Source: Bryobacterales bacterium (lineage in GTDB: Bacteria; Acidobacteriota; Terriglobia; Bryobacterales; UBA6623). Taken from it: a stretch of DNA of 64,000 nt. Below are positions 42,556 to 51,846 of this stretch, in pieces. Positions within the stretch are counted from its first letter, which is position 1. Each line of letters starts with the position of its first letter. The stretch spans positions 1,184,001-1,248,000 of the forward strand of contig OY729427.2 in assembly GCA_963422375.2 (NCBI GenBank), in the 5' to 3' direction. The translations under genes and the position numbers were made by a program. Below the pieces are notes generated by a model. The model was not told where the DNA came from, made no database searches, and saw only the letters and a list, made by a program, of their open reading frames with translations.

Positions 42556-44072
42556 GGGAATTATATATCTGAGTGCCGAGGGAATCAAGTCAGCAAATTA
42601 TCAAGCCATTATAAGATTTCATATTTCTTCCGATTTTCCGTTGACATTCTGTGGTATTTATTGGTAGAATAGTTCCAGTAAGGGATATCGTAAATGAAGA
42701 AATCAGGTCCCGGAAAGTGGTTCCGTAAAGGCATCACATTGATCGAAGTGATCGCCATGTTCCGCGATGACGAATCCGCGGAAAAGTGGTTCGCCTCCAT
42801 GCGCTGGCCCGACGGTCCGGTATGCCCCCACTGCCGCGGCTCCAGCGTGCAGTCCGGCACGGCCCACCCTTCGATGCCGTACCGTTGCCGCGGCTGCGGC
42901 AAGCGCTTTTCCGTGCGCACCGGCAGCGTGATGGCCGACACCAAGCTCGGCTACCGCACCCGGGCCGTCGCCCTGTTCCTGCCGACCACCGGCATCAAGG
43001 GCGTCTCGAGCATGAAGCTGCACCGCGACCCGGGCGTCAGCCGGAAGTCGGCCTGGCACTTGGCGCACCGCATCCGCGCGTGCCGGGAGCGGGATCAGGG
43101 CCTGTTCGCCGGCCCGGTGGAGGTGGACGAGACCTACGTCGGCGGCAAGGAACGCAACCGGCACGAGAGCAAGAGGGCCCGCGCCGGGCGCGGGCTCGTC
43201 GGCAAGACCCCGGTGGCGGGGGCGCGGGACCGCGCCACGAACGCAGTGGCCGCGCGGCCGCTGCCGGGCACCGCCAAGGGCGACCTGCAGGGCTTCGTGC
43301 GCGGCCGGGTCGCGCCGGGCGCGCAGGTTCGCTCCGACGAGGCGGCGGCCTGCGCCGGCATGGCGGAGTTCCCGCACGAAGCCGTCAGGCACTCCGGCGG
43401 CGAGTACGTGCGCGGGGCGGCGCATACGAACGGCATCGAATCGTTTCGGTCCCTGTTCAAGCGCGGCCTGTACGGCACCTATCACCGGATGAGCGTCCGT
43501 CATCTCGGCCGCTACCTCACGGAGTTCGCGGGACGGTGCAACGACCGCGACTGCGACACGGCGGAACGGATGCGGCGCATGGCGCGGGGCTTGGTCGGCC
43601 GGACGCTGACCTGCCGGCAGCTGACCGGCAAGGCCGCGGTCGCGGCCTGAGCGGCGCCCGCCGCGCTGAGCGCGGCAGCCCGCTGCGGGCGCGCGCTTCA
43701 CGCTCGGTACGAGGGGCGCACCGGATCCGGCATGCCCCGGCGCGACCCCAGTCCGGTCCGGACCGTCCATGCAGGCCGTCGAGCGCCGGGGATCCGCTGT
43801 CTTCGGCCCTCGCAGGGCCTGCAAGCGGCTTGCAAGGCGTGCCCTGCCACCGCCAACCGGGTTTCACTGGGGCAACCGGGGCATGCGAGGCGGCCTCTCT
43901 AGTCCCTTCCTCGTCCAATCCGCTGGCAGGCTCGATTCAGATACGATCCCACACCCCACCCCTCTGTGCCCGCCGCGGCCGCACTCGAATGACCCCAGCT
44001 CGACACCCACCTCCCTGCTCACAGCAGTTCTAGTCGGATATGGCGTTGTCGGCACTCAGATATATAATTCCC
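42556..44072 (+). mobile_element. IS1595 copy B (1517 bp)
   Basis: TIR GGGAATTATATATCTGAGTGCCGA at both ends. Confidence 0.95.
42694..43650 (+). CDS. IS1595 transposase
   Basis: Zn ribbon RWPDGPVCPHC..CRGC, VEVDETY, SDE, HTNGIESF. Confidence 0.93.
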   Translation: MKKSGPGKWFRKGITLIEVIAMFRDDESAEKWFASMRWPDGPVCPHCRGSSVQSGTAHPSMPYRCRGCGKRFSVRTGSVMADTKLGYRTRAVALFLPTTGIKGVSSMKLHRDPGVSRKSAWHLAHRIRACRERDQGLFAGPVEVDETYVGGKERNRHESKRARAGRGLVGKTPVAGARDRATNAVAARPLPGTAKGDLQGFVRGRVAPGAQVRSDEAAACAGMAEFPHEAVRHSGGEYVRGAAHTNGIESFRSLFKRGLYGTYHRMSVRHLGRYLTEFAGRCNDRDCDTAERMRRMARGLVGRTLTCRQLTGKAAVAA

Positions 44073-44352
44073 TAAAGAAAACCCGATGCCCGCCGAAACA
44101 TGCTCGGAACCTGGTTTCACGATGTGGCATTCCGATATCGGTGCGATCGTCAAAGCAGATATTGGCAAGGATGAGTGGGCCGAATTCCGCGCAGAGGCCG
44201 ACAAGCGTTATGGTCATGCTGGCGGCCTACGCAAGAATGCACTCCACATCGGCGCCAGCCTAGCCTTCGCCTGGGAAGACGGAAGACAGTCGAACAGCCT
44301 CGCACAGGTTTGTGCCGCCATCCTGAACCCGCACAACTACGTGTCCGAATGA
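44073..44352 (+). pseudogene. 3' fragment of an unidentified gene cut by the IS
   Basis: Open frame from the IS edge with protein-like sequence (YGHAGGLRKNALHIG..AWE); family not established. Confidence 0.35.
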
Positions 44353-44443
44353 GGCGGCAGAAGCTCAACCAGTCGATATCCTGGCGGCGAGGAGGGTCTG
44401 CCCGACAAGGACTTCAGGGGGACTGGCCAGGCAGAATTACGGG

Positions 44444-46585
44444 TCACATCCAGGCCAGCTTGTTCCGGTCGAGGCGTCTTGTCTGCCTCCGTTTTTCGCC
44501 AGCTCGTTGGGCGACGGCTTGGCCAGCGAGCCAATGTCCCGTGTCGATCCGTGTCCCGTCCAGTTCCACCGGGGCCATCTGCTGGCTCTGCCCGGTCCGG
44601 CAGCCTGGACCGGTCTGCCGTCGCGGCGGGGTCGAGCGGATCGTCCGGGGCACGATGCGGTTGTCCACAACATGCGACCAGTCGAGCTCCCTGCCGCCTC
44701 CGCCGTCGTCCGCCTCATCCGGCAGCGGCGGCGGCTCGGCGCTGTATCCCATGGCGCGGGCGATGACGGTCGCCGCCTGTGAGGCGGCGTCGCGCAGTGC
44801 GCCGTCGTCGGATGGGCGTAGATGGCGGTGGTCTCGCGCTGGCGGTGCCCGAGCAGCCGCCCGACGGTGGTGAGCCCGACGCCGTTCATGACACCCTGCG
44901 AGGCCCACGTGTGCCGGCAGTCGTGGATGCGAAGGCCCGGGCAGTCCGGCTTCTTCGCGGACGCCCACCCAGAACGTGTAAAGGCGATCCGACGTCAGGT
45001 CCTCAGGGAACACTCGCGCCGCGCCTTCGGTCCGTGGCAAGGCCGCGAGCAGCCGCGCTGCTTCCGGCCCGAGCCAGATCGTGCGCGGCCCGGTCTTGGT
45101 GTCTTCGAGCCGCGCGCTCGCGCCGTCCTCGCCCAGCTCGCCGATTTCGTCCCACTTGAGGTCGATGACTTCGGAGAGCCGCGCCCCAGTGAGGGTCAGC
45201 AGGCGGATGGCGGCAACCGGCCAAGGGTGCTCCTCACGGTGTCGGTCCAAGACCGTTCCGAGACGCTCCAGCTCCGCGTGATCGAGATATCGGGCGACGG
45301 GCCTGCGCGGGTTCCTGACGATGTTGGCGCAGGCGTCGGGGACGCCCTCGTCCAGCTCTCCCCACTGGCGGGCGGAGGCGAGCATGGCGCGCAGGATCTC
45401 GAAGGCGCGGTTGGCCGCGCCGGGCTTGTCCGTGCTCGCCGCGTCGAACCATGCCGAGACCCGCACATGGTCGATGGCGTCGTTGACGATGCCGGAGATG
45501 CGTCCCGCCGCCTCGCGGACGTGCTCGTCGGCGAGATGGGCGTAGCGCTCGGTGGAGGCGACATCGGCATGGCCGAGCAGGCGGCCTACGGTGTAGAGGT
45601 CGAGGCCGCTCATCACGGCGTGGGAGGCGAACGTGTGTCGGCAGTCGTGGATGCGCACCTCGTCAAGCCCGGCGAGTTTGCGCAGCTTCTGCCAGCGCAG
45701 GCCGAGGTCCTTCATCGGGCCGTCGCCCGTCCTGTTCGGGAAGAGGAACCGCCCCTCGCGCGGCAGGCCGTTCAGGACGGCCCGTGCGGGCGGCGGAAGC
45801 TGGATCGCCTTCGGCCCGGTCTTCGAGTCAGGCAGGACGGCGCGGGCGCCGCGTATCCAGTCCCATCTGAGGCCCGTGATCTCGGAGGATCGCGCGCCGG
45901 TGAACAGCAGCAGCCGGATCGCGGCGGCGGCCTGCCGGTCCTCGGCGTGATCCAGTACGAAGCCGAGGCGCTTCAGCTCGTCCAGCGAGAGGAAGCGCTC
46001 GCGCGGGGTCGTTTTGTAGCGGCGCATGTTGCGGCAGGGGTTCGAGCCCTGGGGACGAAGGTCCCACAGCTCGGCCTGCCGCATCATGACGGAGAGCACC
46101 GGCAGGGTCCGGTTGGCGTTGCCGGGCGTGCCGCTCATGGAGTCGAACCAGCGCCGCACATCGGCGCGGTCGACCTCCGGGACGCGCATATTGCCAAAGA
46201 AGGGGATGAGATGGCGGTCGATCAGATGGCGGTTGCCTTCCCGCGTGGACGGTTTCCACCGGCGCCCTTGGCGGCGCATGAACTCCGGCACGAAGTCGGC
46301 GAACAGCGGGTCGGCCTGGCGCTCGGCGTTCGCGGCCGCAATGGTCGCGAGGGCTTTGTCTCTCGCCTCGGCGGCGGTCATTTCGTCCGCGGTGCCGAGG
46401 ACGATGTTCTTCGCACCGAACTGGTGCACGACACGGACGAAGAAGGTCTTCGCGCCGCCCGGGAAAACCCGGAAGCCGAACTTCGGCAGGTCGATGTCAT
46501 AGACGGCGAGGCCGCGCGCACCGGGTTTGTGTTCCCTGAAGGTGCGCCGCAGCGCACGCTCGTTGATGGTCGTGTGGATGGGCAT
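44444..46585 (-). CDS. Tyrosine recombinase fused in frame to a second, partial and frameshifted integrase
   Basis: First copy: arm-binding-type N-terminus, GARSSE, DSKTG, HDCRH, LLGH, TERY. Second copy: GARLSE, DTKTG, then after a shift near 44940 HDCRH, LLGH, AIY. Confidence 0.82.
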   Translation of the reverse strand: MPIHTTINERALRRTFREHKPGARGLAVYDIDLPKFGFRVFPGGAKTFFVRVVHQFGAKNIVLGTADEMTAAEARDKALATIAAANAERQADPLFADFVPEFMRRQGRRWKPSTREGNRHLIDRHLIPFFGNMRVPEVDRADVRRWFDSMSGTPGNANRTLPVLSVMMRQAELWDLRPQGSNPCRNMRRYKTTPRERFLSLDELKRLGFVLDHAEDRQAAAAIRLLLFTGARSSEITGLRWDWIRGARAVLPDSKTGPKAIQLPPPARAVLNGLPREGRFLFPNRTGDGPMKDLGLRWQKLRKLAGLDEVRIHDCRHTFASHAVMSGLDLYTVGRLLGHADVASTERYAHLADEHVREAAGRISGIVNDAIDHVRVSAWFDAASTDKPGAANRAFEILRAMLASARQWGELDEGVPDACANIVRNPRRPVARYLDHAELERLGTVLDRHREEHPWPVAAIRLLTLTGARLSEVIDLKWDEIGELGEDGASARLEDTKTGPRTIWLGPEAARLLAALPRTEGAARVFPEDLTSDRLYTFWVGVREEAGLPGPSHPRLPAHVGLAGCHERRRAHHRRAAARAPPARDHRHLRPSDDGALRDAASQAATVIARAMGYSAEPPPLPDEADDGGGGRELDWSHVVDNRIVPRTIRSTPPRRQTGPGCRTGQSQQMAPVELDGTRIDTGHWLAGQAVAQRAGEKRRQTRRLDRNKLAWM

Positions 46586-47074
46586 GGCCGCGTCTCCGTT
46601 GTCTGTTCCCTCGGGCGCCGCCCGCTCCAAGGGAACGGAACGGCGGATTTGGGGAGACGACGCGGCCCGCGCGGGGGATCTAGGCCAGAGGCTGAATCCG
46701 GCCTATCCCCCTATCATGTAATGGAAAACGTCCGGTGAAGGCGGACCGGTCGGGTCTCGCTCCATGCACCGTCGGTGCGTGTGGTGTGAGAACCACGCGC
46801 CGAAGGGCGTCCAGATCGCGCTTCCTGACCGCTCAATCCGTCGGGTGATACTTGCGGAGACAGTCCCCGAACCGCCGCGTGGCTTCCAGGCGGCACTATA
46901 GGAAGCACGAGGTAACAGATCAATGCATGAAGGCGTGCGCACCGGCGGCATCATTTACTCGGCCCGCACTGTCGGCGGCGGTGCCGGCTCGCACGTGACC
47001 GCCGCTGAGCAGTGGCCGCCGCACACGTTCCCGCTGCGCAGGATCGAGCCGTGCACACGTTGCCGCTCCGCAGC

Positions 47075-47222
47075 GTTGCCGCCCGCCGCGCCGGGCTTTC
47101 GGCTGCATCCCCTGAAGGGCAACCGTGCGGGCCAGTGGAGCGTCCGCGTCTCGGGCAACTGGCGCGTGGTGTTCCGCTTCTAGGACGGCGAGGCCGTGGA
47201 CGTGGACCTGATCGACTACCAC
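47075..47222 (+). pseudogene. higB: HigB (RelE-type) toxin, C-terminal remnant
   Basis: PGFRLHPLKGNRAGQWSVRVSGNWRVVFRF*DGEAVDVDLIDYH; N-terminus missing, TAG at 47181. Confidence 0.85.
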
Positions 47223-47243
47223 GGACCGGAGGGAGTGCTGACC

Positions 47244-47558
47244 ATGAACGACATTGCGAACGATCGCGTCGGCCCGATGCAGAACCCGCCGCACTTGGGC
47301 GAACTCATCCGCGAGAGCATGGACGATGTGGGCTGGGACGTGACCGAGACGGCGGCGCGGCTCGGTTGCGAGCGCGGAACGCTGTCGCGGCTGCTGAACG
47401 GCAAGGCGGGAGTGTCCGCGAACATGGCGCTGTCTTTGGAGGACATCGGCTGGGGCACCGCCGAGCACTGGATGCGGATGCAGGCGAGCTACGAGCTTGC
47501 GCAGGCGCGTCGCGAGAGGGTCGCCGCCGAACGGCGTGCGGGCGCGCTGCACGCATGA
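47244..47558 (+). CDS. higA: HigA antitoxin (XRE HTH)
   Basis: MQNPPHLGELIRE, LSRLLNG, WMRMQASYEL. Confidence 0.9.
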   Translation: MNDIANDRVGPMQNPPHLGELIRESMDDVGWDVTETAARLGCERGTLSRLLNGKAGVSANMALSLEDIGWGTAEHWMRMQASYELAQARRERVAAERRAGALHA

Positions 47559-47673
47559 TCGTTTATCGCGCCATCGTGGACGGACGAGCAACTGATCCGG
47601 CGGCTTCCCTTCATCCATTTCCAACCAATTGCACATCGTCCGGTGCTCGGCGCAGAGCGGGCGGCGCGGTCTG

Positions 47674-50490
47674 ATGCGCTTGTCATGGAACGAGGTGCGC
47701 GTCCGCGCCGCCGCCTTCGCGGAGGATTGGAAAGACGCGGCCTACGAGAAGGGCGAGACGCAGAGTTTCTACAACGCCTTCTTCGACGTGTTCGGGGTGC
47801 GGCGTCGGAACGTCGCGCGATACGAGGCTCACGTCGCGAAGCTCGACAACCGCTCGGGCTTCATCGACCTGTTCTGGCCGGGCGTGCTGCTCGTCGAACA
47901 GAAGAGCGCCGGGCGCGATCTCCGCAAAGCGTACGAACAGGCCGGGGAGTATTTCGACGCGCTGCCGGAACGCGAGCGCCCGCGCTTCATCCTGGTGAGC
48001 GACTTCCAGACCTTCGAGCTTCACGATCTTGACGAGGGCGAGACAGTCGTCTTCCCGCTTGCAGACCTGCCGGCGCATGCCGAGTCGTTCGGCTTCATTC
48101 TCGGGGTGCAGCGCCGGACGTTCTGCGACCAGGACCCAGCTAACATCGAAGCGGCCGAGTTGGTCGGGCGTCTGCACGATGCGCTCGCCGATGCCGGACA
48201 CCGGGGTCACGATCTGGAACGTTTCCTCGTGCGGATGGTGTTCTGCATGTTCGCCGACGACACCGGGGTATTCGAGCCGCGCGATATCTTCCTCGACTTC
48301 GTCGAAACGCGCACCAGGGAGGACGGGGCGGATCTCGGGCCGTGGCTCGCGCAACTGTTCGAGGTGCTCGATACGCCGGAGGACGAACGCGCCGCGACGC
48401 TCGACGAGAACCTGGCACGGTTCCCCTACGTCAACGGCGACCTGTTCGAGGGGCATCTGCGGACGTTTTCGTTCGACGCGGCGATGCGCAGGGCGTTGCT
48501 CGATGCTTGCCGCTTCGACTGGTCGAGTATCTCGCCCGCGATTTTCGGCGCGCTCTTCCAGTCGGTGATGGACCCGGCGGAACGCCGGGCGCAGGGGGCG
48601 CACTACACGACCGAGAAGAATATCCTCAAGGTGATCGAGCCGCTGTTCATGGACGACCTGCGCACCGAGTTCGAGCGGGTGCGCAAGCGCCGTGGCCGGC
48701 TCGCGGCGCTCCGCCAGTTCCAGGCGAAGCTCGGCGGCCTGACGTTCTTCGACCCGGCCTGCGGCTGCGGCAACTTCCTCATCATCGCCTACCGGGAATT
48801 GCGGCTGCTGGAAATTGAGGTCATCGGCGAGATACGGAACGAGACCGCTGCGACGGGTCAGACGGTACTCGATGCGGCGTGGCAGTCAGTGGTGGACGTA
48901 GACCAGTTCTACGGGATCGAGCTTGGCGAGTTCCCGGCCCGCATCGCGGAGACCGCGCTGTGGATGATGGACCACATCATGAACAACCGGTTGAGCCTGG
49001 AGTTCGGCCAGACCTTCGTTCGCATTCCGCTGGAGAAGTCGCCTCACATCGTCCATGGCGATTCGCTGGAAATGAACTGGTCCGGTCTGCTGCCATCGGG
49101 CGATTGCTCCTTCGTGCTGGGCAATCCGCCATTCGTGGGCGCGAAGTACCAGACGGCGGAGCAGCGCGCGCAGGTGCGCGGCATTGCGGCGCTCGGTAGG
49201 AGCGGCGGCACGCTCGATTACGTCGCCGCGTGGTTCATCAAGGCGGGAGAATATCTGAAGGGCAGCCGCGCTCGGATCGGCTTTGTCGCGACCAACTCCA
49301 TCACGCAGGGCGAGCAGGTCGCGCAGATATGGCCGGCGCTGTTCGGGCGCTGCAAGCTGGGGATCGCCTTCGCGCATCGGACCTTCGCATGGGGTTCGGA
49401 CGCGCGCGGGAAGGCGCATGTGCATGTCGTCATTCTCGGCCTCGACCGGCGCAAGGCCGCGCGAGCCGAGAAGCGGTTGTTCAGCTATCCCGATATCAAC
49501 GGCGACCCGGAAGAGAGCAGCCATGGCGCGCTGTCGCCGTACCTGTTCGATGCAGGCGGGCTGTCCGACCCGCATCTGGTGGTGCGGGAGGAAAACGCGC
49601 CGATCAACGGCATGGGCCGATTGATTATCGGCTCCAAGCCCATCGACGGAGGCAACTTCATCTTCGACACGGCGGGACGCGATGCGTTTCTGGAAGCCGA
49701 ACCGGAGGCCGCGCCGTGGCTCCGACCGTTCATCGGGGCACGGGAATACCTGCAGGGAGGCGAGCGCTGGATTCTGGCGTTGCACGATGCACCGCCTGAA
49801 GTTCTTGCGCGGCTACCGGGAGTGCGGGAGCGAATCGCCGCCGTCCGCGCCTACCGCGATGCCAGCAAGAGCGCGCCGACGCGGAAGCTCGCGGCGACGC
49901 CGACGCTCTACCACGTCAACGTTATCCCGACCACACCATTTCTGGTGATTCCGAAGGTCAGTTCGGAGCGGCGCGAATACGTGCCGGTGGGTTGGCTGGA
50001 GCCGCCGACCGTCCCCAGCGATCTGGTGTTCGTCCTTCAGGACGCTTCGCTGGTCGATTTCGCCCTCCTGACCTCGGCCATGCACATGGCGTGGCTGCGC
50101 CACGTCGGCGGGCGGCTGAAGAGCGACTACCGCTATTCCATCGGCCTCGTCTACAACACCTTCCCGACACCGCCCGAAGGCGCGGACCTGTCGAAGCTGG
50201 CACCGCTCGCCCAAGCCGTGCTCGACGCCCGCGCTGCACACCCCAACGCGACGCTCGCCGAGCTCTACGCCCCCGACCTCATGCCGCCCACCCTGCGCCG
50301 CGCCCACCAAGCCCTCGACCGCGCCGTGGACCGCCTCTATCGGCGCGTTGGATTCGCTTCCGAGCGCGAGCGAGTGGAGCATCTGTTCGGTCTGTATGAG
50401 AAGATGATGTCTCCGCTGGAAGCGGGGACGAGAACACGTTCGAGACGCCGGACAAAGATCAAGCGAATGGAGCAAGGGACAACCTCATGA
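47674..50490 (+). CDS. MmeI/YeeA-like type IIL/IIG restriction-modification enzyme (nuclease, m6A MTase, TRD)
   Basis: FIDLFWPGVLLVEQK, GAHYT, FFDPACGCGNF, GNPPF, TNSITQGEQ, RLKSDYRYS..VYNTFP. Confidence 0.92.
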   Translation: MRLSWNEVRVRAAAFAEDWKDAAYEKGETQSFYNAFFDVFGVRRRNVARYEAHVAKLDNRSGFIDLFWPGVLLVEQKSAGRDLRKAYEQAGEYFDALPERERPRFILVSDFQTFELHDLDEGETVVFPLADLPAHAESFGFILGVQRRTFCDQDPANIEAAELVGRLHDALADAGHRGHDLERFLVRMVFCMFADDTGVFEPRDIFLDFVETRTREDGADLGPWLAQLFEVLDTPEDERAATLDENLARFPYVNGDLFEGHLRTFSFDAAMRRALLDACRFDWSSISPAIFGALFQSVMDPAERRAQGAHYTTEKNILKVIEPLFMDDLRTEFERVRKRRGRLAALRQFQAKLGGLTFFDPACGCGNFLIIAYRELRLLEIEVIGEIRNETAATGQTVLDAAWQSVVDVDQFYGIELGEFPARIAETALWMMDHIMNNRLSLEFGQTFVRIPLEKSPHIVHGDSLEMNWSGLLPSGDCSFVLGNPPFVGAKYQTAEQRAQVRGIAALGRSGGTLDYVAAWFIKAGEYLKGSRARIGFVATNSITQGEQVAQIWPALFGRCKLGIAFAHRTFAWGSDARGKAHVHVVILGLDRRKAARAEKRLFSYPDINGDPEESSHGALSPYLFDAGGLSDPHLVVREENAPINGMGRLIIGSKPIDGGNFIFDTAGRDAFLEAEPEAAPWLRPFIGAREYLQGGERWILALHDAPPEVLARLPGVRERIAAVRAYRDASKSAPTRKLAATPTLYHVNVIPTTPFLVIPKVSSERREYVPVGWLEPPTVPSDLVFVLQDASLVDFALLTSAMHMAWLRHVGGRLKSDYRYSIGLVYNTFPTPPEGADLSKLAPLAQAVLDARAAHPNATLAELYAPDLMPPTLRRAHQALDRAVDRLYRRVGFASERERVEHLFGLYEKMMSPLEAGTRTRSRRRTKIKRMEQGTTS

Positions 50491-50596
50491 CGGGACATGA
50501 TGCTTTTCAAGCGGTTGCCGCCTATACCAATCGACAATCTGAAGATACATTGATCACCCGCATCCGAATCGGCTCATCCATCGAAGGAAGGAACCA

Positions 50597-50965
50597 ATGA
50601 TCGACGTACTTTCCAGACCTGTCAGTGAAATCACCATCGGCAACATCCGAGCGCTGATCGAATCCAAGATTCCCGAAATCGAGCAGGTTGAATGCAAGGA
50701 AACACTACCCGCTAAGCAGGGTGAAGATCCGTGGATGTCCGGCAAGAATAGGATCGAATGCTACGCAAAATACAAGATCCTTAAAGAGGTCGTTGCCTTT
50801 GCCAATGCTTACGGAGGGGTCCTGCTGTTGGATATCCAAGAATCCAGCACAAAGCTATCGGCAGCTGCAGGAATCAACTCGATCCCGAAATGCGTCGATT
50901 TAGCGGATCGTCTGAAGCTGGTGTTTCGCGATCGTGTGGAGCCTCCTCTTCCTGGGGTGTGTTGA
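50597..50965 (+). pseudogene. Schlafen/AlbA_2 domain protein, truncated by an IS
   Basis: E..QVECK, KEVVAFANAYGGVLLL; the ORF ends inside the IS5-like end. Confidence 0.8.
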
Positions 50966-51265
50966 CACAAGTGCCCCCGTGTGTGGTATGTTTTGCCCTT
51001 GTCGTCCCGGGCGGGAAAAGGGAGGAGAATCAAGCCGGTGGAACTTACGGAAGACCCATGCGGACACATCGCACCGATCCTCCCGAAGCAGCGTGGAAAC
51101 GTCAGTCTGTCGCATCTGCAAGTGCGCAACAAGATCCTCTACGTGGCGGAAAACGACTGCAAGTGGCGCGACCTGGCGCCGCGGTGCGGCAACTGGCACA
51201 CGGTCTACACACGGATGCATCGCTGGTCGAAGAGGGGCGTGCTCGAGCAACTGCAAAGAGACCGT
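50954..51265 (+). mobile_element. IS5-family remnant (DUF4096-type N-terminus)
   Basis: IAPILPKQRG..ILYV..CKWRDL..GNWHTVYTRMHRWSKRGV; putative IR GGGGTGTGTTGACAC. Confidence 0.8.
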
Positions 51266-51359
51266 CATCGTCGATGCGCTGCAGTTCAACGAAGCGTTCA
51301 GAGCCCTGCGTATCGATGCGGTTCGTCGAGATGTACGACGTCGGAAACGCAACATTCCT

Positions 51360-51842
51360 GTGGTGGACCTGCCGTGAAGATGCGGAAGAGGCGATCGACA
51401 CGAGTGTCGTCAGCCCGGCCGTCAGCCGAGCGATGAGCCATTTCCAAAACCGACTTCATGCCATGACGGAGAGGGCGGCTGAGGCGAGGAGCACACGTGA
51501 GGACATCACCGATGCACCCACCCCTTTCTCGGGTTTGTTGTGTAACGAATTCCGTGCTTTCGCCGCACGGTTAAACGCGAATGGCGTTTTCGTTGGCAAG
51601 CTGCGTGACCGTCAAATCGACCCAGATACCATGATGCCCGACTTTCGAAGACGGGTGGCAGACGAGCTGAAGGTGCCGCTTGATGTCGTGGTGGCGCACT
51701 TCGCTGCGCGTCCGGCAGCCCCAACCGAGCAGTTTTCAAAGCAGAAGGCAAGCCATCCACCGGTGCACAGCAAAGCTTCGAGGAGGCAGTACGAACCTCC
51801 GATCTGAACGAGGCTCAGCGGCAGTTCTTGTTGGAGTTCTGA
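51360..51842 (+). pseudogene. Hypothetical protein upstream of the peptidase-helicase; N-truncated and frameshifted
   Basis: AMSHFQNRL..KLRDRQID, then after a shift KAEGKP..QSFEEAVRTSDLNEAQRQFLL; ends 4 bp before the next ATG. Confidence 0.55.
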
Positions 51843-51846
51843 TCTC

